Part shown: positions 17,560-26,689 of the stretch, piece after piece
Position numbering within the stretch: the stretch's first letter is position 1
Layout: every line of letters starts with the position of its first letter
NCBI GenBank assembly: GCA_035759745.1
Contig: DASTUF010000084.1
Coordinates: 10,784 to 74,783, forward strand
Direction of reading: 5' to 3'
DNA length: 64,000 bases
Source: Gemmatimonadales bacterium
GTDB taxonomy: Bacteria > Gemmatimonadota > Gemmatimonadetes > Gemmatimonadales > GWC2-71-9
Translations under genes and position numbers: made by a program
The notes under the pieces: generated by a model
Seen by the model: the letters and a program-made list of their open reading frames with translations, nothing else
What the model was told of the DNA's origin: nothing
Database searches by the model: none

Positions 17560-18960
17560 ATGGCTGCTCCCACACTGCGACTCACCTTCCTCGGCGCCGC
17601 GGGCCAGGTTACCGGCTCGATGCACATGCTCGAAGCTGCCGGCATGAAGCTGGTCCTCGATGCCGGGCTGTTTCAGGGCAGGCGCAAGGAAGCCGACGCC
17701 CTCAATCGCAACCTTCCCTTCGACCCACGGGTGCTCGACGCCGTGGTGCTGAGCCACGCCCATATCGACCATACCGGCCGGGTGCCGCTGCTGGTGAACC
17801 ACGGCTTTCACGGCCCGATCTACGCGACCCCCGCCACGCGCGACCTCTGCGCGGTCATGCTGGCCGACTCGGCGCACATCCAGGAATCCGACTTCGAACA
17901 CCTCAAGCGCCATGACCGCGCGGGCCCGGAATCGGAACCGCTCTACACCATGCGCGACGCGGTTGCCGCCCAGGAGCTGATGGTCGGCGTGCCCTACAAG
18001 CGGATCCAGCACCTGCGGAAGAACCTGACCATCGAATATGTGGACGCCGGACACATCCTCGGGTCGGCGAGCATCGACGTGCGTATCACCGAAGGCAAGC
18101 AGCCGCACCGGCTGGTCTTCTCGGGCGACATCGGCCGCACCGGCATGCCCATCATCCGAAATCCTGATCCGCCCACCGGTCCGATCGATACCCTCATCAT
18201 CGAATCGACCTATGCCCTCAAGACCCACGCGGCGCCGGCGGACGCCGAGAACGACCTGGCGGCGATCATCGCGAAGGTGGTCGGTCGGGGCGGGAAGATC
18301 CTGATCCCGTCCTTTGCCGTCGGCCGCACCCAGGAGATGGTGTACGCCATCCACGAGCTGCTCAGGGCGAAGAAGATCCCCCAGGTGCCGGTCTACATCG
18401 ATAGTCCGCTTGCAACCGAGACGACCACCGTCTTCCGGATGCACCCCGAGATCTTCGACAAGACCGAGGACATGGTGAAGGCGGAGTCGCCGTTGTTCGA
18501 TCACCACCTCGTGACCTACACCAGGAGCGTCGAGGACTCCAAGCGCCTCAACACCCTGAATGGTCCCGCGATCATCATCTCGGCGTCGGGCATGGTCGAG
18601 GCCGGGCGCATCCTCCACCACATCAAGAACCATGGCGGCGACCACCGGAACTGCATCCTCTTCGTCGGGTTCCAGGCCGAACACACCCTGGGGCGGCGCA
18701 TCAAGGACGGCGACCGGAAGGTCAAGATCCACGGCGACGAGGTGGAGCTGCGGGCGGACATCGAAGTGATCGACGGCTACTCGGCGCACGCCGGGCGCAA
18801 CGAGCTGATCGCCTGGATCAAGGCGCTGGGTGGGCCGATCAAGCGGGCCTTTGCGGTGCACGGCGAGCCCGAGTCGCTGGCCGAGATGGCCAGCCTCCTC
18901 AAGCAGGCGGGCGTCTCCGAGGTGCATGTGCCGGCGCAGGGGCAGTCATTCGACCTCTGA
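17560..18960 (+). CDS. MBL-fold beta-CASP ribonuclease (CPSF/RNase J-like)
   Basis: The HAHIDHTG metallo-beta-lactamase motif, beta-CASP-type length and C-terminal His (AHAG). Confidence 0.85.
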   Translation: MAAPTLRLTFLGAAGQVTGSMHMLEAAGMKLVLDAGLFQGRRKEADALNRNLPFDPRVLDAVVLSHAHIDHTGRVPLLVNHGFHGPIYATPATRDLCAVMLADSAHIQESDFEHLKRHDRAGPESEPLYTMRDAVAAQELMVGVPYKRIQHLRKNLTIEYVDAGHILGSASIDVRITEGKQPHRLVFSGDIGRTGMPIIRNPDPPTGPIDTLIIESTYALKTHAAPADAENDLAAIIAKVVGRGGKILIPSFAVGRTQEMVYAIHELLRAKKIPQVPVYIDSPLATETTTVFRMHPEIFDKTEDMVKAESPLFDHHLVTYTRSVEDSKRLNTLNGPAIIISASGMVEAGRILHHIKNHGGDHRNCILFVGFQAEHTLGRRIKDGDRKVKIHGDEVELRADIEVIDGYSAHAGRNELIAWIKALGGPIKRAFAVHGEPESLAEMASLLKQAGVSEVHVPAQGQSFDL

Positions 18961-19000
18961 CGCGGCGTGACAGCGGGCGCACGGGCCGGTAAGTTCCAGC

Positions 19001-19627
19001 GTGCGCCGTCTTCCTCGCCGGGTCGCCAAGCTGCTCGGCCTCCTCCTCGTCGTTGCCGTGATCACCTACACCATCTCATTGGTGGTCGTGCTGGTGACGA
19101 GCTTGCAGGACCAACGCGAGCCGGTAGATGCGATTGTGGTGCTGGGGGCCGCCCAGTACAACGGGCGGCCGTCGCCGGTGCTGCGGGCGCGGCTGGAACA
19201 CGCCCTGTCGCTGTATCGGGACCAGCTCGCACCCCGGATCATGGTCACCGGTGGGGTGGGCCGGGGCGATACCACCAGTGAAGCCGAAGTCAGCCGCCGC
19301 TGGCTGCTGGCACACCGGCTTCCTGATACCGCCGTGGTAGCGCTCCCGCGGGGCCGGTCGTCAGCCGTCTCGATGACCGACGCCGCCGCCTGGCTGCGCG
19401 AACGCGGGCTCAGCCGGGTGCTGCTGGTGAGCGATCCCTTTCACATGGCTCGTCTGCGGTTCGAGGCGCGGCGCACCGAGCTCGACGCGCTGGTGTCACC
19501 CACGCCATCGAGTCCGATTTCCGACAACCCGAACCTCGAACTGCGCTACCTCTTCTGGGAAGGACTCAAGGCTCCGGTTGCGTGGGTACGGAGCTGGTCC
19601 TGGCTGCGAGACCGCGATGTGTTCTGA
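19001..19627 (+). CDS. YdcF/DUF218 family protein (ElyC/SanA-like)
   Basis: N-terminal TM helix and DAIVVLGAA...RL..A..LY......I.VTGG, typical of DUF218. Confidence 0.8.
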   Translation: MRRLPRRVAKLLGLLLVVAVITYTISLVVVLVTSLQDQREPVDAIVVLGAAQYNGRPSPVLRARLEHALSLYRDQLAPRIMVTGGVGRGDTTSEAEVSRRWLLAHRLPDTAVVALPRGRSSAVSMTDAAAWLRERGLSRVLLVSDPFHMARLRFEARRTELDALVSPTPSSPISDNPNLELRYLFWEGLKAPVAWVRSWSWLRDRDVF

Positions 19628-19652
19628 TCCCCAACCGTCAAGGAACCACTCC

Positions 19653-21029
19653 ATGCCGTACTCACGGCCGCTGACCGCGGCCCTCGTCGCCCTTGGCGCA
19701 CTGTGGCCCGGGCGCGGGCTCGCAGCCCAGTCCGCCGCGCTGCAGGTCCCGGTAGTGGTGGACACCCTGGACAACGGCCTCGTCCTGATGGTGCACGAGG
19801 ACGCCTCGGCGCCCATCGTGAACGTCAACGTCTGGTACCACGTGGGTTCAGGTGACGAGAAGCCCGGCCGCACCGGCTTCGCCCATCTCTTCGAGCACCT
19901 CATGTTCATGGGATCGGAGCACGCGCCCTATCCCGAGTTCGACCGGCGGCTGGAGGCGGCGGGCGCCAACAACAACGGCTCCACTACCGAAGACCGCACC
20001 AACTACTACGAGGAAGGCCCCGCCAACGCGCTGCCGCTCATGCTCTGGCTCGAGGCCGACCGGATGGGCTGGATGCTCCCCACCATGGACTCCGCCAAGG
20101 TGGATCTCCAGCGTGATGTGGTGAAGAACGAGCGGCGCCAGAGCTACGAAAACCAGCCGTACGGGATGGTGTGGGACCACCTGCCCCGGATGCTCTACGA
20201 TGCGTCGCACCCGTACTCGTGGCCGGTGATCGGGTCGATGGCGGACCTCAGCGCCGCGTCGCTCGAGGACGTGAAGCAGTTCTTCCGTGAATACTACGCA
20301 CCCAACAATGCTGCCATCGTGATAGCTGGCAACGTCAAGGCCGCCGACGTGAAGGCACTGGCCGAGCGCTATTTCGGGGCGATACCACGGGGGCCGGAGA
20401 TCAGCCGACCCACGCCCGTGGCAATCCCGCTGCGGGGCGACACCCTGCTGGTACTGGAGGATCGGGTGCAGCTCCCGCGGCTGTACTACGCCTGGCACAC
20501 CGTGAAGGGCTGGGCTCCGGATGACGCTGCACTGGATCTCGCCGCTTACGTGCTGACGGGCGCCAAGAACTCGCGCCTCACCAAGGAAATGGTCTACGAG
20601 GAGCAGACCGCCAGCAGCGTCTCGGCCTTCCAGGACGGCAAGCGACTGGCCGGCGAGTTCATGATCATCGCGACGGCGCGGCCGGGCACCACCCTGCCCA
20701 CCCTGCAGCAGGCCATCGACGCCGAGATCGCACGACTCGCAAGCGACGGCCCCACCTCTCGCGAACTGCAGCAGGCACAGAATGCGTTCGAGGCCAGCTT
20801 TCTCGACGGGCTGGAAAGTGTGGGACGCAAGGCGGACCGGCTCAATGCGTACTTCTACGCGCTGGGCGTGCCGGACTCCTTCCAGCGCGACGCCGACCGC
20901 TATCGCGCTGTCACCGCCGACGACATCCGGCGGGTGGTGCGCACCTACCTCACCGGCCCGCGCGCCGTCATCTCCGTTGTTCCCCAGGGTCAGACCAGGA
21001 TGGCTGCCCGTGAAAGGATGACACCATGA
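19653..21029 (+). CDS. M16 family (pitrilysin/insulinase) metallopeptidase, catalytic-type subunit
   Basis: Signal peptide from the Met at 19653. The inverted zinc motif HLFEHLMF (HxxEH) and NGSTTEDRTNY are present. Confidence 0.9.
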   Translation: MPYSRPLTAALVALGALWPGRGLAAQSAALQVPVVVDTLDNGLVLMVHEDASAPIVNVNVWYHVGSGDEKPGRTGFAHLFEHLMFMGSEHAPYPEFDRRLEAAGANNNGSTTEDRTNYYEEGPANALPLMLWLEADRMGWMLPTMDSAKVDLQRDVVKNERRQSYENQPYGMVWDHLPRMLYDASHPYSWPVIGSMADLSAASLEDVKQFFREYYAPNNAAIVIAGNVKAADVKALAERYFGAIPRGPEISRPTPVAIPLRGDTLLVLEDRVQLPRLYYAWHTVKGWAPDDAALDLAAYVLTGAKNSRLTKEMVYEEQTASSVSAFQDGKRLAGEFMIIATARPGTTLPTLQQAIDAEIARLASDGPTSRELQQAQNAFEASFLDGLESVGRKADRLNAYFYALGVPDSFQRDADRYRAVTADDIRRVVRTYLTGPRAVISVVPQGQTRMAARERMTP

Positions 21030-22558
21030 GCATCGACGGCTCGACGGCTCGACGGCTGGTGAGCCTGGTGGCGGCACTGACAGCGGCGCTCCTTGCCGGC
21101 GGTTGCGCCTCGCAGCCCGCACCGGCGACTCCAGCTCCCGCCACGCCGCAGACGGGTGTGCCTTCGGCGGAGGCCGCATCCACCATCATGGCCACCGCGC
21201 CGGACCTCGGCTCGGCGCCCCGGCTGGTGCTCCCATCACCCACGGAGACGACACTACCCAACGGCCTGACCGTCAAGTTGGTCGGCATGCATGAAGTCCC
21301 GGTGGTGCAGGCGGTGCTCACAATCGAGGGCGGCGCCCGGCTGGACGGCGAGCTGGCCGGCCTCGCCACTTTCGTGGGCGGGATGCTCGACGAGGGGGCC
21401 GGCGATCGCGACGCCTTTGAGCTCGCGGCCCAGGTCGAGTATCTCGGCGCCTCGCTCGGCACTGGCGCCGGGTGGGACGCCACCACGATTTCGCTGCGGG
21501 CGCCCAAGCGCACTATCGGGGACGCGATGGCGGTCATGGGCGACGTGGTGCTCCAGCCCCGCTTCGCTGCCGAGGATGTCGAGCGGCAGCGCGACCTTCG
21601 CATCGCCAGCATCCTGCAGTCCCGCGACCAGCCCGGCGCCGTTGCCGGCAACGTGTTCGGCTACACCGTGTACCCGGCGGCACATCCATATCATCGCCCC
21701 ATCGGAGGAGACAGCATCAGCACGGTGCAGCTCGATTCCGCCGTGGTACGCGAGTTCTGGAACCGTGCCGCGGACCCGCGGAGGGCAACCCTGGTGATCG
21801 CCGGCGACCTTACGCTGGACGAAGCGCGAGCCCTGGCGACGAGTGCCCTGGGCAGCTGGCAAGCACCCACCACCACTGCAGCCGCGGATCCAGCCAGGGC
21901 CGCAGAACCGCCGCGCCCGACGACCCGCGTCTTCCTGGTGGACAAGCCGGAGGCCGCGCAGAGCGTGCTGATGATCGGCGCGCCCGGGGTCGCGCGCAGC
22001 TCGCCCGACTACCCCGCGATCACGCTCATGAACACGATCCTTGGTGGCTCCTTCTCGTCCCGGCTCAATGACATCCTCCGGGAACAGAAGGGATTCACCT
22101 ACGGAGCGCGATCGAATTACAGCTGGCGGCCGCTGCCGGGGCCGTTTGTCGCGAGCGCAGCGGTGCGGACCGACGTAACCGACAGCTCGCTCGCGATCTT
22201 CTTCGACGAGTTCCGCCGGATCCGGAGCGAGCCGGTGACGCCACAGGAGCTCGACCGGGCCAAGTCCTACATCACACTGGGTGCGCTGGGCGAGTTCGAA
22301 ACCACGGGGCAGGTTGCAGGAGAACTGTCGTCGCTCGAGATGTTCGGGCTCACCCTCGCCGACATCCCGAAGGAACTGGACCAGGTGAAGGCGCTGGGCG
22401 CAGCTGACGTTCAACGCGCCGCCGAGCGGTACCTTGATCCTGCGCACCTGACGATCGTGGTGGTGGGAGACGTGAAGAACATTCGGGCCGGCGTCGAGGC
22501 ACTGAGCCTCGGGCCGGTGACGCTGCTGGATCACGAGGGAAATGAGGTGACACCGTGA
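21026..22558 (+). CDS. M16 family peptidase-like protein, non-catalytic type (no HxxEH)
   Basis: M16 fold-like sequence with lipoprotein-like signal LLAGGC. The HxxEH motif is absent. 4-nt overlap with both neighbours. Confidence 0.85.
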   Translation: MSIDGSTARRLVSLVAALTAALLAGGCASQPAPATPAPATPQTGVPSAEAASTIMATAPDLGSAPRLVLPSPTETTLPNGLTVKLVGMHEVPVVQAVLTIEGGARLDGELAGLATFVGGMLDEGAGDRDAFELAAQVEYLGASLGTGAGWDATTISLRAPKRTIGDAMAVMGDVVLQPRFAAEDVERQRDLRIASILQSRDQPGAVAGNVFGYTVYPAAHPYHRPIGGDSISTVQLDSAVVREFWNRAADPRRATLVIAGDLTLDEARALATSALGSWQAPTTTAAADPARAAEPPRPTTRVFLVDKPEAAQSVLMIGAPGVARSSPDYPAITLMNTILGGSFSSRLNDILREQKGFTYGARSNYSWRPLPGPFVASAAVRTDVTDSSLAIFFDEFRRIRSEPVTPQELDRAKSYITLGALGEFETTGQVAGELSSLEMFGLTLADIPKELDQVKALGAADVQRAAERYLDPAHLTIVVVGDVKNIRAGVEALSLGPVTLLDHEGNEVTP

Positions 22559-23916
22559 GAATGGAATCCGTGCTGGCGCTGGCGCTGCTGTCGGTCGGTG
22601 GCACCGCGTCGGCCCAGACGCTCGACGTGCCGACCGACACGTTCACGCTCGACAACGGCCTGCGCGTGGTGGTGCACGAGGACCACTCCGCGCCGGTGGC
22701 GTCGGTGAACATCTGGTATCACGTCGGCTCCGGCCGGGAAACCGAGGGCCGCACCGGCTTCGCCCACCTGTTCGAGCACATGATGTTCCAGGGCTCGGCC
22801 AACGTGGGCGACGATGCCCACTTCAAGACCATCCAGGGCGCCGGCGGCACCCTCAACGGCTCCACCAACGGTGATCGCACCAACTATTACGAGACGGTGC
22901 CCGCCAATTACCTGGAGACCGCGCTCTGGCTCGAGGCGGACCGGATGGGCTGGCTGCTGCCGGCCATGACCCAGGGCAAGCTCGACAACCAGCGCGACGT
23001 GGTGAAGAACGAGCGGCGCCAGAACTACGAAAACCGCCCCTACGGCATGACCTCGATCCGGATCAGCGAGATGCTGTACCCCGCTGATCATCCGTATCAC
23101 TGGCCCACCATCGGTTCCCAGCAGGACCTGACTGCAGCTTCCATGGAGGACGTGCAGGGCTTCTTCCGCACCTGGTACGCGCCCAACAACGCGTCGCTGG
23201 TGGTGGCGGGTGACGTGCAGCCAGCGGAGGTTCGGAGGCTGGCCGAGAAGTACTTCAGCGCCATTCCTTCGGGAGAGCCGATTCCTTCGCCGAAAGCGCG
23301 GCCGGTGACGCTCGACGCCGATCGTCGCGCCGTGCTGGAGGACCGGGTGACGCTGCCCCGGGTGCAGCTCACGTGGCCCACCGTCGAGGGGTGGCATGCC
23401 GATGAAGCAGCGCTCGACATTATGGGCAGCATCCTCGGTGGCGGCAGAACCTCGCGGCTGTACGAGCGGCTGGTCTACCGGGAGCAGGCGGCACAGAGTG
23501 CCTTCGCGTTCAATAGCTCGAGGGAACTGGCCGGCAGCTTCGGGATAACCATCACCGCCCGGCCGGGCACCAGCCTGTCGCAGATGGAGCGCGCGGCCTA
23601 CGAGGAAATCCGGCGGCTGGCGGAAGAGGGCCCCACCCCCGAGGAGGTGGCGGCGGCCCGCAACGGCATCGAGTCGTCCTTCGTGTTCCGGCTCGGTTCC
23701 ACCGCGGGCAAGGCCAACCAGCTCAACGACTACAACACCTTCCGCGGCGCGCCTGACATGTTCAATCAGGACCTGGCGCGCTTCACCGCCGTTACCGCGG
23801 CCGACGTGCAGCGGGTGGCGCAAACCTACCTGGCCGGCAAGCCCAAGGTGGTGCTGTCGACCGTTCCCAACGGCCAGCCCGAGCTGGCCGCCCAGCCGCC
23901 AGAGGTGCAACCGTGA
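22555..23916 (+). CDS. M16 family metallopeptidase, catalytic-type subunit
   Basis: HLFEHMMF (HxxEH) is present. Clear paralogue of 19653-21029. Confidence 0.9.
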   Translation: MRMESVLALALLSVGGTASAQTLDVPTDTFTLDNGLRVVVHEDHSAPVASVNIWYHVGSGRETEGRTGFAHLFEHMMFQGSANVGDDAHFKTIQGAGGTLNGSTNGDRTNYYETVPANYLETALWLEADRMGWLLPAMTQGKLDNQRDVVKNERRQNYENRPYGMTSIRISEMLYPADHPYHWPTIGSQQDLTAASMEDVQGFFRTWYAPNNASLVVAGDVQPAEVRRLAEKYFSAIPSGEPIPSPKARPVTLDADRRAVLEDRVTLPRVQLTWPTVEGWHADEAALDIMGSILGGGRTSRLYERLVYREQAAQSAFAFNSSRELAGSFGITITARPGTSLSQMERAAYEEIRRLAEEGPTPEEVAAARNGIESSFVFRLGSTAGKANQLNDYNTFRGAPDMFNQDLARFTAVTAADVQRVAQTYLAGKPKVVLSTVPNGQPELAAQPPEVQP

Positions 23917-25358
23917 TCCGGACCTTCACTCGCGTCGCCGTGGGCGCGGCGCTCCTCGCGTCTCCGCTTGCGGCCCAGGAGCTGGACCGCACCATTCCGC
24001 CCACTCCTGGTCCGACGCCTTCGGTGGCAATGCCCGACGTTCAAGTCCGGACACTGCCCAACGGCCTGACGCTCTGGGTGGTCGAGTCTTCGGAGTTGCC
24101 GACCATCAACGCGGTGCTGACCTTCAGCGCCGGGTCGGCCCAGGATGGCGACCTGCCGGGCCTCGCGGCCATGACAGCGGAGCTGCTCGACGACGGCGCC
24201 GGCAGTCGAGATGCGCTCCAGTTTGCCCGGGCGGTCGAACTGCTCGGCATCGGCCTCAGTGCCTTTGCCTCCGAAGAGCGTGTAAGCGTCTCGCTGTCCA
24301 CGCTCACCCGGACCGCCGATTCGGCGTTCGCGCTGATGGGTGACCTGGTGATGCGTCCCACCTTTGCGCCGGAGGAACTCGAGCGCGAGCGGAAGTCGCG
24401 GCTGCAGTCGCTGCGGCAGCAGCAGGATCAGGCCTCGACGGTCGCGACGCTGACCTTCAACGAACTGGTTTATGGCAGCAGCCATCCCTATGGGCGCCCG
24501 TCGAACGGCACCCCCGAAGCAGTCGGGCGCATCAGTCGGGATGATATCCAGAAGTACTTCTCCACCTGGATCCGGCCCAACAACGCCGTGATGGTTGTGG
24601 TAGGCGATGTCACTCCCGATGCCGCGATGGCGCTGGCGCAACGCACCTTCGGCGGGTGGGAGAAGGGTCCGATTCCGGAAGCCGCAAAGGCCAGCCCCGC
24701 CCGCCCGGAGGCGCGGAGTGCCACCGGGGTGTACCTGGTGGACAAGCCCGGCGCAGCCCAAAGCGAGATCCGGATCGGGCATGTCGGCGTGCCGCGTAGC
24801 TCGAAGGACTACTATCCACTCCAGGTGATGAACGCGCTGCTGGGCGGGCAGTTCACCAGCCGCATCAACCTCAACCTGCGCGAGGACAAGGGTTACACCT
24901 ACGGCGCGCGCAGCGGTTTCTCGTTTGACCGCGGACCCGGGCCGTTCGTCGCGTCGGCCGGCGTCTTCACCGCCAAGACCGACAGCTCGCTCATCGAGTT
25001 CATGAAGGAGCTGCGCGACATCCGGAGCAGCCGCCCGGCCACCGAGGCCGAGGTGAGCTTCGCCCGGGGATCGCTGGTCCAGTCGTATCCGCGGATGATC
25101 GAGACCAACAGCGGTGTTGCCAGCCGGCTGGCGGAACTCGCCTTCTTCGGCTTGCCGCCTGCCGAACTCGCGCGCTATCCCGAGGCGATCGAGGCCGTGA
25201 CCACGGCCGACGTGGCGCGGGTGGCGAAGGAGTATCTCCACCCCGACCACGCGGTGATCGTGGTGGTGGGCGACCTGGCGACCATCCGGGGCGGCATCGA
25301 GGCGCTGCACCTCGGCCCGGTGACCGTGGTGCCGGGGGAGGAGGCGGGGACGCGGTAA
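23913..25358 (+). CDS. M16 family peptidase-like protein, non-catalytic type
   Basis: Paralogue of 21026-22558 (shared ...FTSRINLNLREDKGYTYGARS / ...FSSRLNDILREQKGFTYGARS). No HxxEH. Confidence 0.85.
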   Translation: MIRTFTRVAVGAALLASPLAAQELDRTIPPTPGPTPSVAMPDVQVRTLPNGLTLWVVESSELPTINAVLTFSAGSAQDGDLPGLAAMTAELLDDGAGSRDALQFARAVELLGIGLSAFASEERVSVSLSTLTRTADSAFALMGDLVMRPTFAPEELERERKSRLQSLRQQQDQASTVATLTFNELVYGSSHPYGRPSNGTPEAVGRISRDDIQKYFSTWIRPNNAVMVVVGDVTPDAAMALAQRTFGGWEKGPIPEAAKASPARPEARSATGVYLVDKPGAAQSEIRIGHVGVPRSSKDYYPLQVMNALLGGQFTSRINLNLREDKGYTYGARSGFSFDRGPGPFVASAGVFTAKTDSSLIEFMKELRDIRSSRPATEAEVSFARGSLVQSYPRMIETNSGVASRLAELAFFGLPPAELARYPEAIEAVTTADVARVAKEYLHPDHAVIVVVGDLATIRGGIEALHLGPVTVVPGEEAGTR

Positions 25359-25378
25359 CCTCCATCAGAGGTCGCCGC

Positions 25379-25496
25379 ACCGGAAGGGGCGCACCGCGTG
25401 CGCCCTTTTCTTTTCCGTGCTCCGTCCATGCCCGTGCGCGCCCGAATGGCCCGTGGTCGCCCGACCATGGGCGCACGCGGTGCGCCCCTTCCCGGT
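25379..25496. repeat. inverted doublet of a 27/28-nt palindromic REP-like element (REPIN-like)
   Basis: Copy 1 is ACCGGAAGGGGCGCACCGCGTGCGCCC (25379-25405). The reverse complement of copy 2 (25469-25496) is ACCGGGAAGGGGCGCACCGCGTGCGCCC. They are 63 nt apart and directly 3' of the RAYT gene. Confidence 0.85.
25386..25415 (+). terminator. intrinsic terminator after the M16 operon (also REP-like copy 1)
   Basis: GGGGCGCAC-CGC-GTGCGCCC stem-loop followed by TTTTCTTTTCC. Confidence 0.75.
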
Positions 25497-25502
25497 CCGG
25501 CG

Positions 25503-26024
25503 TCATGGCGGGAAGCGTCGGTGCGGGCCGCGATAATCCAATGGATTCCGTTCGATGTACCGCGTTGCATGGAAGAGGTGCTCATCGTTCCGGATATGGC
25601 TCTCGCGGTAATTGCGTTGCCACACACGAGCACCTGGAGTGCTGCGCAGGATGTTGATCTGGGAGGTACACGAAGCCTTGAATCCCGCGATCAGCGACCC
25701 GAGGCTCCCCTTGGGGCGTCTGTAAGCCCCCGCGAAGGTCACACCAGAACGGCTCGATCCGTCGAGATGGAGGATGCCGTGCATGTGATCGGGCATCACG
25801 ACAAAGGCGCCCGACCTGACCTCTGGTCGGAGCTCCTCACAGTTGCGCCACTCCGCTTCAACGACCTTGCCGAGGTCGGACAGCTCCATCTGCTGGCCGA
25901 CGACAACCCCGAAGAGCGGCTCCCGCAAATACGTGCAGAGAGTCACGAAGTAGCTGGCTCGCGCGCGATAATCCCGATCGCGAAATCGCAGCGAACGCCG
26001 TAAGTGATCTTCAGGATTGGACAT
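25503..26024 (-). mobile_element. REP-associated tyrosine transposase (RAYT; IS200/IS605-type Y1 HUH transposase-like), solitary
   Basis: 173 aa with HUH motif VVMPDHMHGILHL and catalytic-Tyr region ATRYIERNPL. No tnpB and no IS ends seen. Flanked on the 3' side by the REP-like doublet. Confidence 0.8.
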
Positions 26025-26098
26025 GAACTATTGTTCATGCTGGCCGCCCAGAGACATAACCAGACAAACTCAGGCCTACTCCCGAAACTCCAGACCCC

Positions 26099-26635
26099 AT
26101 GCCCTTCCTCTCCACCCAGCGCATCCACACCGGCAAGGTGCTGAACCTCGACATCGACACCGTCGAGTTTCCCGATGGATCCACCGGCACGCTCGAGATG
26201 ATCCGGCATCCCGGTGCCAGCGCGGTGCTGCCGTTCCTCGATGATCCCGGTGAGCCCGATCCCCGCGCCCTGCTCATTCGCCAGTTTCGCCACGCTGCCG
26301 ACGGCGACATTTGGGAGATCCCCGCCGGACGGCTCGATCCGGGCGAGGAGCCGGTCGATTGTGCCCATCGGGAGCTGGCCGAGGAGACGGGATACGCCGC
26401 CACCACAATCGAGCCGCTCATCAGCGTGTTCACCACCCCCGGCTTCACCGACGAGGTGATCCACCTCTTCGTCGCCACCGGCCTCACAGCCGGCACCCCC
26501 CGCCGGGAAGCCGACGAATTCGTCGAGACCCACGAGCTGCGCTGGTCCGAGGTGCTCCGGCTGGTCCAGTCCGGCGAAATCCGCGACGGAAAGACCCTCG
26601 CGGCCATCCTCTATCTGCAGGCGTTTCGCCGATAG
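26099..26635 (+). CDS. NUDIX hydrolase (ADP-ribose pyrophosphatase-like)
   Basis: Nudix box GRLDPGEEPVDCAHRELAEETGY. Confidence 0.9.
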   Translation: MPFLSTQRIHTGKVLNLDIDTVEFPDGSTGTLEMIRHPGASAVLPFLDDPGEPDPRALLIRQFRHAADGDIWEIPAGRLDPGEEPVDCAHRELAEETGYAATTIEPLISVFTTPGFTDEVIHLFVATGLTAGTPRREADEFVETHELRWSEVLRLVQSGEIRDGKTLAAILYLQAFRR

Positions 26636-26689
26636 CCGCTGCTTTCACTGAAGCTTTCTGGATACCCCGCAGGGCGGTAAGATTCCCCA

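Noticed and set aside
17557-18927. 456-aa minus-strand ORF opposite the beta-CASP RNase. The same pattern occurs at 42225-43322 (opposite yidC), 45007-46314 (opposite dnaA), 28665-29978 and 30159-31496 (opposite mutS), 22531-23910 and 23826-25310 (opposite the M16 genes)
   Set aside because: All are antisense to genes with unambiguous family motifs and have the compositional signature of GC-rich non-coding frames.
18975-19007. Hairpin GGCGCAC-N18-GTGCGCC after the beta-CASP gene as a further REP copy
   Set aside because: It shares only the GCGCAC core with the 25379 element. The loop is long, and the right arm contains the GTG start of the next gene. It is probably fortuitous or a weak terminator.
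25503-26024. Complete IS200/IS605 insertion sequence
   Set aside because: There is no tnpB and no recognisable left or right IS ends. The gene is single and flanked by REP-like palindromes, which fits a RAYT better.
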